A stretch of 64,000 nt of DNA from Minisyncoccota bacterium (GCA_965222235.1 OZ244939.1:248585-312584); one strand, 5' to 3'. Positions 29,929 to 38,888 are shown, counted from the stretch's first letter. A program made the numbers and translations. The notes: generated from the sequence alone by a model not told the origin.

Positions 29929-31172
29929 AACTCCAGTTTGATGCTTTTGTTCTTATCCTTTACTTCGTAGGTCGTGTCAAAGTAGAGTCTCGGCGGATTA
30001 AATAAACCAGCTTCGATGGCCTGCTTTAGAGTTACTCTGTGTGAAATCTGGACAGCATCAAGCGCGCTAAGTATACGTTCTCGTAATGATGATGTATCCT
30101 TAATACCGTCACAAAGCACCAGTGTGATATCTAGTAGTGCAACAATACGGTCACCAGTACGTATCTCACGCACGATGACATGTATTACCGGCTTGAGTTC
30201 GGTACTGAATACTGCCAGAGCAGCTTGTAGGTATTCAATTCTAAGTTCCGTCCCTCGTACGCGAACAAAATCTACTCCACTACGACCGGTGATTTTGAAC
30301 CTCGGTTTATCAAGACCACAAACACACGGCTCCTTGAGCAGAATCCCACTATCGCCAGTTTGATATCTAATCAATGGGAGGGGGTATAGGGGGGGGTTGA
30401 GGATGGTTATCGCAATCTCATTTGTAGAGTCAATATCGACCACAAAATCCTCATCGTTGATGTGCATGATGGTATAATCTTCACCACAGGCTGGCGTGTG
30501 AAAACCAAACGCTCCGGAGGATTCAATACTCCCAAAGTGGTTAAAAATTTGAGCCATTGGATACTGCTGTTTGAGTAGTTGTAGGGTGGTTGGAGTGAGG
30601 GCTTCACCACCGAGATCCAGTACCTTAAATTGCTCAAGCAGCTTCATGTTTTTGAGGTGTTGAGGCAACATTGTGGCAATTGATGGCGAAGCAGCTAATG
30701 TATCAAATGTTTCAGTCTGTAACAGTTCTTCGCAATACGATAATTGATGTGGGTCAATTGACATTACTTCAATCCCCGATGAGCGTATGGATGATGCCCA
30801 GAGAGGGGTTGTTGTGTAATTCCAGATAAGGAACATTCTTTTGGTGCCCCACTGTTGTAGTGTGCGATAGAATGAAATTGCATATTCATGCAGCCATACA
30901 AAAAAAGGTTCTCCCGAGGTTGATCCTGAGGATGAATTTAGCAGCGAAAGCTTTTGTGGTGGTACGAATATGTGGATACCTTGGGTGCGTGCAGCGACAA
31001 AAACAGCTTTGGTGACTGGTGGGAGTTGTTGTAGATCGGTTATGTCGGCAATGGTTGGACAGACCGTGATACCGGCTAATCGCCAATGTGTTTGGTATAA
31101 ATCGCTGTAGTCATTATTCCATGCAGCATTGATGGCGGCTTGGAGCTTGAACATTGTTTCATTCTGATACAT
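29925..31172 (-). CDS. PaaK/CapK-family adenylate-forming enzyme (phenylacetate-CoA ligase / F390 synthetase-like)
   Basis: P-loop SSGSTSGEPF, downstream YQTGD motif, length ~415 aa. The start is either ATG 31172 or 31154. Confidence 0.65.
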   Translation of the reverse strand: MYQNETMFKLQAAINAAWNNDYSDLYQTHWRLAGITVCPTIADITDLQQLPPVTKAVFVAARTQGIHIFVPPQKLSLLNSSSGSTSGEPFFVWLHEYAISFYRTLQQWGTKRMFLIWNYTTTPLWASSIRSSGIEVMSIDPHQLSYCEELLQTETFDTLAASPSIATMLPQHLKNMKLLEQFKVLDLGGEALTPTTLQLLKQQYPMAQIFNHFGSIESSGAFGFHTPACGEDYTIMHINDEDFVVDIDSTNEIAITILNPPLYPLPLIRYQTGDSGILLKEPCVCGLDKPRFKITGRSGVDFVRVRGTELRIEYLQAALAVFSTELKPVIHVIVREIRTGDRIVALLDITLVLCDGIKDTSSLRERILSALDAVQISHRVTLKQAIEAGLFNPPRLYFDTTYEVKDKNKSIKLEF

Positions 31173-31641
31173 AGTGTGAAAGCGGGTTAGATAGGCGTAT
31201 GACCTTTGACTCCCTGAGGTCAAACGACCTTCCGAGCACGAACTCATCCTCATCACTATCTGACACTAGAATAAGTTGTAGAGGTGTAGTTACTTTGTGC
31301 CGGCTCTCAAGTGCTTTTAACAAGTAAGGAAGTACACTGATTTCAGACACTATGCATGTAGCACCGCTGTAGGTATACGCCTGAACTGTCCAGGGCAAAT
31401 CATACACTGATCCGCACACCAGCGGAATCCCAGTTAACATAGTGACTGAAAGAATTACAGGTTCTAGGTGTCTCTCGGGCGGCAGAAAACTAATAATTGC
31501 CTCCGGTCGGTTGGTATCTAAAAACAGTTTTAATTCTGGCCAAACCAAATCGTTCACCGAGACAATTTTAAGTGACCCGTCTGATTGTCTCACTGGTATC
31601 AGTTGCGGGACATCAGATTTTACCAACGAGTTACTGCCCAT
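31159..31641 (-). CDS. Hypothetical protein (160 aa) immediately upstream of the adenylating enzyme
   Basis: Its start codon lies inside the conserved 3' UTR shared by the two small peptide genes. Confidence 0.45.
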   Translation of the reverse strand: MGSNSLVKSDVPQLIPVRQSDGSLKIVSVNDLVWPELKLFLDTNRPEAIISFLPPERHLEPVILSVTMLTGIPLVCGSVYDLPWTVQAYTYSGATCIVSEISVLPYLLKALESRHKVTTPLQLILVSDSDEDEFVLGRSFDLRESKVIRLSNPLSHYVSE

Positions 31642-31685
31642 AAAATCAAACTACAAACATTTTTAGATTATCCATTACTTATATA

Positions 31686-31940
31686 CTAAAGGAATCCGCC
31701 GCATCCGGCAAAGAGCACTTCATCTGAATCGTCAGCACTCTCCAAGTACTCAAGGTAATCCATTGTACCGAGTACGTCACACTGTAGACTTGATTGAGCG
31801 ACGGTATCATCGGTGTTAGATGAAGAATATCCCAACAATGGAGCTGTTTGCTCAGCACTTATCCACTGCAAACCAAAAAACCCTAATACCACTACAACAA
31901 AAAATACAATGCACTCCACGATTGTCTTTGTTTTAGTCAT
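31686..31940 (-). CDS. Small secreted/membrane-anchored peptide P1 (84 aa) with conserved acidic Cys-containing C-terminal core
   Basis: N-terminal TM/signal, then a Ser/Thr-rich stretch, then VAQSSLQCDVLGTMDYLEYLESADDSDEVLFAGCGGFL. Paralog of 34354..34614. Confidence 0.55.
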   Translation of the reverse strand: MTKTKTIVECIVFFVVVVLGFFGLQWISAEQTAPLLGYSSSNTDDTVAQSSLQCDVLGTMDYLEYLESADDSDEVLFAGCGGFL

Positions 31941-32289
31941 ATATATAGTATATCTATACAGTTCTGATTCTGGGAACGAAACTGGTCCAGACTGTGGATA
32001 ACCCGATTTTTGCTTGATTTCATAATCGCTTTCGAATCGTGTGGTCCGGTTCCACAGTTAAGTCATGAGATCTAAAATTATACTATCCTTCTTTGATATT
32101 ATAGACAAAAGATGCTTGATTAAGATTGATGGTTTCGTGTTTTGAATAATTCTTGAGCCAAAACATCCTGGAGGTAAGGCAACTATAAGTACGCGACTAC
32201 TGCTTGTCTGTTACTGAACATATCTTGCACCTTTCACTTACCATTTCTTTTTCAATTTCTTTCCGCCGCCATTTCGCGCTCCGTGCGAT

Positions 32290-32480
32290 TCAAAAGGCAA
32301 AAGAAATGGGTTGTGTGATCGGCACGGCAGAGCGAAGCGCATGGAGGAGCGGCACGGAACGAAGTGGAGTGTCACTCTGAAGCACTCCGACTGTTCCCGC
32401 GTGAAAGAGCGGTGCCGAACGGGGCGAGTTGCCTGCTCGGAGTAAGTGGAGTGACCACGAGCCTCGTTTGAAATGTTCTC
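32290..32480. repeat. GC-rich degenerate direct repeats (units approx. CGGCACGG..GCGAAG..GGAG; GAAGTGGAGTG twice) in the gap between membrane gene H and peptide P1
   Basis: Seen directly. It generates the spurious repetitive ORF 32290..32490 (SAPLFHA/SVPLLHA). Confidence 0.5.
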
Positions 32481-32506
32481 CGAATTTCAATGCACTGTCC
32501 GGCGAA

Positions 32507-34153
32507 TCACAAGATTCCTTGCCGGCGGATTGTATCGTAGGGAACAGTCTCTAAATTTTCCCGGTCAATTAAAATCCACGGATTGTGTCTTAATGGGTGA
32601 TACTCTACAGCACAAACATTGACCTCGTCCAACACCCGCCGATAAGGTTCCAAGTTAATGGCAATGTCCATGGTAAGCAATGCTGACTTGAGATTATTGT
32701 GCAAACACCGCTGCTTCAATACATACCATTGATAGTAAGGTCTGCAATACCCCATGCGTTCTTCTTCCCACCATTGAACGGATTCAGTGTTATCTTGATC
32801 ACGAATAGAGGTGGTAATGTAACACCAAGGCAACGCCTGAAACATATGCAGACCAAAACGGACTCCTTCACGGGTGAGTCGTGAATCGCCCGGTATGACA
32901 AGAGAGACACTCTGCCCCAGGATTAATAAGGCAGTTAACCCGATGATGATAATTTGATGCAGGCGTTTTGCGGGCCAATGTATAGGACATTCGTGTCCCA
33001 GGAACACAATAAGTAGTATCACCACAGCTACCGCCGGAAAGAAATATTGAATTAATACGACCGAATAAATATGAAATATGAACAATGCGCCGATCGCAAT
33101 ATATCGTAACGGTTTTTTACTCAACAATAACCAAATGATGCCCCCATGTATGGCTATGACTGTTAAGGCAAGTGGTGTGTGCAATTGGTCACCGACGATC
33201 GGGAGTCCCAGGTCAAGTGATTTAAATATTTCCCCCCCCCCCAACCACGAATCGTTCATTTTAGAGCTTAGTGATAAGATATAGGTCATCATAAGCACCC
33301 ATCCCACGGTCATAATTTTATTTGGCAAAAACAGAAGAATGAAATTGATTATGCAAACATAAAACATCACATGGCCATAGTAAAAATCATTATGGGTTAA
33401 CAATCCCACCAGGACTATGTGCCACACTGCAGGTACCAACAGCAGCATGTGTCCCAAAACCAGACGGCGCGAAAGCACGGCAACCAGGGCTCCGGAGAGA
33501 AATAGCATCAACACAATACTCCAGATGTGATATCCGTACTCTGAAAAAATATAATATTCATAACAATTTTGAAACCAGATGGGACAGATGTACTCCCCAA
33601 CCTGCAAAGGAGTGACGATTGATAGGGCTGGGTTTTTCAGGGCAAAAACTAAAAATGCAATTGAAGCGATTAATAGGTACGGTGCCAATTGACTGTTTTT
33701 AAACTCATGTACACTAAACAGTCGTTCGTATCCGGTAAAATATTTACGGAATGGCGACACATTCAACATGACACGTTGACCGATAGTTTTGACAAGTAGC
33801 CACAAACCGACACCCAGTACAAACCAATGAAGGTATGTATGTTCAAGGCTGGTATGTATAGTGGGATCTATGTAGCCCAGAAAAGCGGTGATAATTGACG
33901 GCAGCAAGAGTAACCATGCTGTTGTTGTATAACCACGATACATCTGTATGCCGCTGAGGAGAAACAATAATAACAACCCCGCGTACAAATACATAAAGGA
34001 ATAGCCCACCGGCTGTATAGTCAAATCGGACCCTAATATTGCTTTGCTGACATAGGGGGACTCAAGGATAACGAATGCTGTGATCAATGTCGTCCAATAT
34101 ATGACTGTGCCGGTCTGTTTGGTCAGGATGTGCTTTATGATATACATCGGCAT
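32507..34153 (-). CDS. Hypothetical polytopic membrane protein (548 aa, >10 TM)
   Basis: Highly hydrophobic ORF directly downstream of peptide P2. No family recognised. Confidence 0.5.
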   Translation of the reverse strand: MPMYIIKHILTKQTGTVIYWTTLITAFVILESPYVSKAILGSDLTIQPVGYSFMYLYAGLLLLFLLSGIQMYRGYTTTAWLLLLPSIITAFLGYIDPTIHTSLEHTYLHWFVLGVGLWLLVKTIGQRVMLNVSPFRKYFTGYERLFSVHEFKNSQLAPYLLIASIAFLVFALKNPALSIVTPLQVGEYICPIWFQNCYEYYIFSEYGYHIWSIVLMLFLSGALVAVLSRRLVLGHMLLLVPAVWHIVLVGLLTHNDFYYGHVMFYVCIINFILLFLPNKIMTVGWVLMMTYILSLSSKMNDSWLGGGEIFKSLDLGLPIVGDQLHTPLALTVIAIHGGIIWLLLSKKPLRYIAIGALFIFHIYSVVLIQYFFPAVAVVILLIVFLGHECPIHWPAKRLHQIIIIGLTALLILGQSVSLVIPGDSRLTREGVRFGLHMFQALPWCYITTSIRDQDNTESVQWWEEERMGYCRPYYQWYVLKQRCLHNNLKSALLTMDIAINLEPYRRVLDEVNVCAVEYHPLRHNPWILIDRENLETVPYDTIRRQGIL

Positions 34154-34353
34154 ATCTGTAAAAAGTATTCATGATGGATGACATGTGTACTCCGTGTGTT
34201 TCCGAGGCAGGGTTCGTAATGAGTAATATACAATAGATTCGGTGGATACTGGATAGAATCCGAACATTTCGACAAAAAGTATCGTGACCACACACCAATA
34301 AAATCAAACTACAAACATTTTTAGATTATCCATTGTTTATATACTATCATATA

Positions 34354-34614
34354 TTAAAGGAACCTCCCGCATTCGGCAAAGAGCGCTTCATCTGAATCGT
34401 CAGCACTCCCCAAGTACTCAAGGTAGTCCGTTGTGCCGAGTACGTCACACTGTAGACTTGATTGAGCGACGGTATGTGTATCAGTAGAATCGGTGGATGA
34501 GTTAGAGAATTTGCCAGATCCTGAAAAGGCGGATGTCAACACCAGGAAATATATTGAGCTGATGAAAAATCTTGTAAAAATGAAACGCAAATGATATATA
34601 ACCATGACTACCAA
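34354..34614 (-). CDS. Small secreted/membrane-anchored peptide P2 (paralog of P1)
   Basis: C-terminus VAQSSLQCDVLGTTDYLEYLGSADDSDEALFAECGRFL. The track start is a TTG; the likely ATG start is at 34605. The 3' half of the gene and 45 bp downstream are near-identical to the P1 locus. Confidence 0.55.
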   Translation of the reverse strand: MVVMVIYHLRFIFTRFFISSIYFLVLTSAFSGSGKFSNSSTDSTDTHTVAQSSLQCDVLGTTDYLEYLGSADDSDEALFAECGRFL

Positions 34615-34663
34615 AAAAGAGTGCTACCATTTCTGATAGCACTCCTCCGCTGATGCCGGCCCG

Positions 34664-35962
34664 TCAGAGCCCGATAACATTGCGCAAACGCTTCTCCTGC
34701 CGGAGACGAAGCTCGGCGTAGAGCAACGGATTCCGCATTGCGAGAATCTGCAGCGCCGCAAGGATGGCATTCTTGGGACTGAGAACGGTGGTAACCGGTG
34801 TCTCGCTCGGCGTACGAAGAGACGACCACACATCCTCGGGAAGTTCCCGCCACGTCGCGGGAACAGTGATTACTGGCACGGTACACTGAGCGGACAGGGT
34901 CGGTCCCGCACCGTTGCTCCTCCCGCAGTATACGATGACCACGGTATCAGGAACCTCTTGAACCAGTCGTCCGATCACCTCATAAGCCGTCACCGGATCC
35001 TTATGAAGCGAACAGGTTACCGTCTGCACACTGCACACCCCGTTCGCATCGTACGCCGCGAGCGCATCCTGAAACGGCTTCAGCTCATCGGATGCTGATG
35101 CCCGCCAAAGAATGATTCGCTGATGCGGCACGGTGAAACGCTCGGTCAGATTGGCTACCAGTCGGTAACTCGTGGTGACGGTATTGAGGTCAACGCCGTC
35201 GCGGTAGAGCTGCTTGTCAAGGTGCCGCTCGTGGTCAACCACCCGCCACGAATCGTTGTCGATCACGTCCGCGAGCACCAACTTGTCCTCCATGTTGGTG
35301 CCGAACTCCACCTTGAAGTCAACGAGCCGTCGCCCGACAATCCGCCACGCCTGCTCCAAAATGAGAAAGGCCTTGATGGCGATTTCGCCCATCCGTTCAA
35401 TATCTCCCGGTGAATTCCGCAGAGGAAAAGCATTAAGAGAACGGAACGGTGCCTGTTGATGGATCGGCCGATTGGGAAGGTATAAATCCGCATGATCCGA
35501 CTCAAAACGAATGAGTGGATCGTCCGTGGGAAGATCAGACCCCTCCCACGTCTTGCCGGAAGTCTTCAGGAAAAACTCCAACAGAAGACGCGGAAACACG
35601 TGACCCTTGTGGAGCCCCGGATGACGCTTGAGGAACGAGCCGTGTGCTTCACGCCGGACGACCACCTCGTAGTGAATCATGTCGCACCGCTCCGAGAGAA
35701 AGCTCGTCTCGTTCAGCTCCTGAATGAACGCGACAGGGAGACGGTCCGACACCTTGAGCAAACGGAACACATTCGATGTGGTGCGGTTCGAAAGTGCCGC
35801 CTTGCCGGTGATAACATCGCGCTTGGCGCCGTCGCCGGCAGTCACGTCGTCCTTGGACTCGATAATCACCTGTCCGGACTTCTCCGTCGCGAAGACTTTC
35901 TTGGTCTTCCCTTCGGTCAACAACTCTCCGGCAACTACACCATTGTTCATTGCACTGGTCAT
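34664..35962 (-). CDS. Bifunctional SAICAR synthetase (PurC) + AIR carboxylase (PurE) fusion, PAICS-like
   Basis: N-terminus GKTKKVFATEKSGQVIIESKDDVTAGDGAKRDVITGKAA (PurC). C-terminus ...VVIVYCGRSNGAGPTLSAQCTVPVITVP... (PurE fold). Strong SD AAGGAGGAAACG before the ATG. Confidence 0.75.
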   Translation of the reverse strand: MTSAMNNGVVAGELLTEGKTKKVFATEKSGQVIIESKDDVTAGDGAKRDVITGKAALSNRTTSNVFRLLKVSDRLPVAFIQELNETSFLSERCDMIHYEVVVRREAHGSFLKRHPGLHKGHVFPRLLLEFFLKTSGKTWEGSDLPTDDPLIRFESDHADLYLPNRPIHQQAPFRSLNAFPLRNSPGDIERMGEIAIKAFLILEQAWRIVGRRLVDFKVEFGTNMEDKLVLADVIDNDSWRVVDHERHLDKQLYRDGVDLNTVTTSYRLVANLTERFTVPHQRIILWRASASDELKPFQDALAAYDANGVCSVQTVTCSLHKDPVTAYEVIGRLVQEVPDTVVIVYCGRSNGAGPTLSAQCTVPVITVPATWRELPEDVWSSLRTPSETPVTTVLSPKNAILAALQILAMRNPLLYAELRLRQEKRLRNVIGL

Positions 35963-36600
35963 CGTTTCCTCCTTCTAAGGAAAAGAACTGGTAATCAATC
36001 CGCCCAATCTCCCACTGAAACGGGAGCAGTTGGATCTGCAATAAATAATACCAGAATTCCGTAAAAACACAACGAATTGATTATCAATAAAACTATAATG
36101 AAAGACAACTGATGGGAAAGCTCACTATTGTGCTTCAGCAACATTCAGATAATATTCATCATCTGTCGTTTGAAACAGACAGGTGCCTTTGCTTTGACTT
36201 GCTTTCCGTTGTCTTTCTCTTGAAGTACACCTTGGCTTTTGTGTTGCCGCGGGGCACCTTTCTCCTTTTTCAAACTGTTTTTTTGAGTTTTAATGCTATT
36301 CTCTATTGGAAACTTGGAAAGAAGAATGTATGGTATATTGCGAAACATAAAAAAACTCATGGAGGAACATTCCGTGAGATGAGACATCAAACGCGAAACA
36401 GAAAGGAGTCCGAGGGATACCATACCGTTTTCGGATTCTCCCATATGACATTAACGGAACGGAAGCCTGTGGCAGTAGTTGGTTCCGGCTCAACGGTGAA
36501 ACTGGGATCAAGGAAAACAGCACGAACGAACGGGGATACCGTGATACCGATACCCTCCGGTGCGGTGAGATACGCTTCGCCGGAGATTTATACTGTCCAG

Positions 36601-36684
36601 TGCCCAGGAGAGGACTTGAACCTCCACAGGATTACTCCTATACGCCCCTCAAGCGTACGCGTCTACCAATTCCGCCACCTGGGC
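36601..36684 (-). tRNA. tRNA-Leu (anticodon GAG)
   Basis: Near-identical to tRNA-Leu(CAG) at 25013..25096, differing by C34G, A38G and a compensatory pair in the variable arm. Confidence 0.85.
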
Positions 36685-36731
36685 TCACCATGTTGTACAG
36701 TATGACACAAATGATGTGCAGAAAATATGTG

Positions 36732-37364
36732 TTACTTCCAGTAAATGGTGGGGGCTGTTATGCTGGAATCCTGAGGACCGGTCGGAAGCATATAGTGTGA
36801 AACGGGAGGTCTGCGCTGCGGCACATCTCCTTCCCCGGGCTGAACAGGCTGCTGCACGGACACACCGTCGCTTGTGGATGAGAATGAAGAAACAGTCCGC
36901 CTTGCGCTGAGCGCTGACGGCAATCCGGACGGCAGGGATGATGTTTGCGGTGCATCGGTTATGACCCGTTCTGTTGATGTCGGCTTGAGCTCTTTCTGTA
37001 TCTGTCTTGACTCAGTTTTGCGCTGTTCAATGATGTCACTTATTGATAATGTGTCGCCGGTATTCAGCTCGGACAGTGACGGCGAACGCCGATCCACCAG
37101 CGACGTTAACAGCTGAATATTCGGCAAATGTATAACTGTTCTGTCCGCCTGCTGCTTACGCGCTTCAAGCAGCATCCGAATGCGCTTCTCCACATCCGCT
37201 ATCCTCAGTTTCAGGTATGTGATGAGAACCTCACGCTCATCCGTCTGAACTTTAAGCGCGGAATCACCCGGTACTTTATAAACAGGAGAGGTGGCATGCG
37301 CAGGATGCACGGTGAACAACAACAGTACTGCCAATGAAAAAAAGGCGGTGTATCTGCATGCCAT
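36732..37364 (-). CDS. Hypothetical secreted protein with signal peptide and coiled-coil region
   Basis: MACRYTAFFSLAVLLLFTVHPAHA signal-like N-terminus. Start at the internal ATG of the track ORF. Confidence 0.45.
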   Translation of the reverse strand: MACRYTAFFSLAVLLLFTVHPAHATSPVYKVPGDSALKVQTDEREVLITYLKLRIADVEKRIRMLLEARKQQADRTVIHLPNIQLLTSLVDRRSPSLSELNTGDTLSISDIIEQRKTESRQIQKELKPTSTERVITDAPQTSSLPSGLPSALSARRTVSSFSSTSDGVSVQQPVQPGEGDVPQRRPPVSHYMLPTGPQDSSITAPTIYWK

Positions 37365-37509
37365 ATTTTCAAACACCGCACCATTATTGTTAAATGAAAC
37401 CATATACAGAATTATACACCCTTTTTAGGAGGATAAGGATTATCCACAATACCGGCAATACGGAACGCACCGGTCGCATTGTTCGTTACTTATGCTACAG
37501 TATTCAGTA

Positions 37510-38331
37510 ATGAACCCGACGCCAATCGCTCTCATATATGATTTTGACGGCACTCTCGCCACCGGCAACATGCAGGAGCACGGTTTCATCCCCTCTCTCG
37601 GCATTAATCAGGATGCATTCTGGCGTGAAGTCGAAGACACCGCCAAAGAAGGTGATATTGATCCCATACTCGTGTACATGCACCTCATGATTCGCGAAAG
37701 CGCGAAACGAAATATACCGATTACAAGACAGACGCTTCGGGGTCATGGAGAGAATCTGCCCCTTTTCCCCGGTGTCACCGAATGGTTTGATGCACTGAAC
37801 GCCTACCGGCCCGATGCAGATGTGCGGCACTATATCATCTCCTCCGGACTGCGCGAAATGATACACGGGCTGCCGATTGCCCGCAACTTCACCCGTATCT
37901 TCGCCTGCGACTTTATCTATAAAAATGACATTGCCGTCTCTCCCGGACTGGGTATAAACTACACAAACAAGACGCAGTTCCTTTTTCGTATCAACAAAGA
38001 CACGAATGATGTTTCCGACACCTCCATAGTCAATGCCGTGGTTGTCCCGGAAGACCGACCTCTTCCCTTTTCACATATGATATATATCGGCGACGGTCCG
38101 ACGGATATTCCGTGCTTCACGGTAATCCGCAAAAATGGCGGATACGGTATTGCGGTGCATGAAGCTGAACAGCAGCGCGCGAAAGAAACCTGTGAGCAGA
38201 TGCTTGATGACGGCCGCATACATCATATAGCGGAGGCTGACTATCGCACGGATAGGCGGCTGATGCGCGTGGTAAAGGGGATGATAGATATAATTTGCGC
38301 GCAGCAACGGATTTATGATGAGCGAGGATAA
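37510..38331 (+). CDS. HAD-superfamily hydrolase/phosphatase
   Basis: Motif I DFDGTL and motif IV IGDGPTD. Confidence 0.7.
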   Translation: MNPTPIALIYDFDGTLATGNMQEHGFIPSLGINQDAFWREVEDTAKEGDIDPILVYMHLMIRESAKRNIPITRQTLRGHGENLPLFPGVTEWFDALNAYRPDADVRHYIISSGLREMIHGLPIARNFTRIFACDFIYKNDIAVSPGLGINYTNKTQFLFRINKDTNDVSDTSIVNAVVVPEDRPLPFSHMIYIGDGPTDIPCFTVIRKNGGYGIAVHEAEQQRAKETCEQMLDDGRIHHIAEADYRTDRRLMRVVKGMIDIICAQQRIYDERG

Positions 38332-38357
38332 CCGTGCTATTTCCTGGACACTACCCC

Positions 38358-38888
38358 TTATCCACTCAAGTTCGGCAGTCCTATTTTTCGTAAAGGGAGA
38401 TGATTAAAATAGCAAGAACACCCTCGTATTGAGAGTATGTAATTCAGGACATCTTTATATTCTTCCTTTTTAAACCAATCATTGAGTATATAAATATATT
38501 CAACTTTCACCCTTAACTTTGAAAGCAGTTTTCTGTATTGTTTTACTTTAAAATCACATGTTTGCAATTTTTCATCTGTAGATCCGGATGTTCTTTGAAA
38601 CTTTATTTCTAAAATGAAAAAAGTGTTATTTTTTATCACAAAAATTGCATCATCAGGTAGTAATTTTTTGGTAATATATTTTCTATAATCTATACCCCTA
38701 CCTTTCAAATAGTCATATAGCCCGTGTTTTCTGAAAGATGTCGCAACATACTTTTCTTTGTAATGTATATCAATGTCATTCTTAATGGTGTATCCTTTTT
38801 GTTTTGAAAGGAAAGAAACAAGATCCACCTCTCCTTCAAAATACAAACCTGTCTTTGTGCTCTCGCCTCCTACACCACCGCGCCTCAT
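38358..38888 (-). CDS. Putative type II restriction endonuclease
   Basis: AT-rich small ORF whose ATG overlaps the stop of the upstream DNA methyltransferase (ATGA). No family recognised; the call rests on context. Confidence 0.45.
   Translation of the reverse strand: MRRGGVGGESTKTGLYFEGEVDLVSFLSKQKGYTIKNDIDIHYKEKYVATSFRKHGLYDYLKGRGIDYRKYITKKLLPDDAIFVIKNNTFFILEIKFQRTSGSTDEKLQTCDFKVKQYRKLLSKLRVKVEYIYILNDWFKKEEYKDVLNYILSIRGCSCYFNHLPLRKIGLPNLSG

Noticed and set aside
29925-31641. 160-aa ORF + 443-aa ORF as one frameshifted adenylating-enzyme pseudogene
   Set aside because: The 29925..31172 product alone spans a full PaaK-type enzyme (N-terminal helix region through YQTGD and the C-terminal domain). 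The upstream ORF is therefore a separate gene.
32290-32490. 66-aa ORF with SAPLFHA/SVPLLHA repeats; also considered as a CRISPR array
   Set aside because: The ORF is produced by the degenerate DNA repeats. The repeats are too short, irregular and lacking unique spacers to be CRISPR.
35963-36111. Purine or ZTP riboswitch in the purCE 5' leader
   Set aside because: No match by eye to the purine (UAUA...GUUUCUACC...CCGUAAAU) or pfl/ZTP (UGACUGGCG...CCGGGCGGA) cores. Only a strong SD was seen.
25013-36684. The two tRNA-Leu genes as attL/attR of an integrated element
   Set aside because: Both copies are full-length with different anticodons and compensatory stem changes, i.e. they are functional paralogues rather than a duplicated 3' tRNA fragment.
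36112-36705. 197-aa + strand ORF between purCE and tRNA-Leu(GAG)
   Set aside because: It reads into and through the tRNA gene, has biased low-complexity composition and has no recognisable family. Not called.
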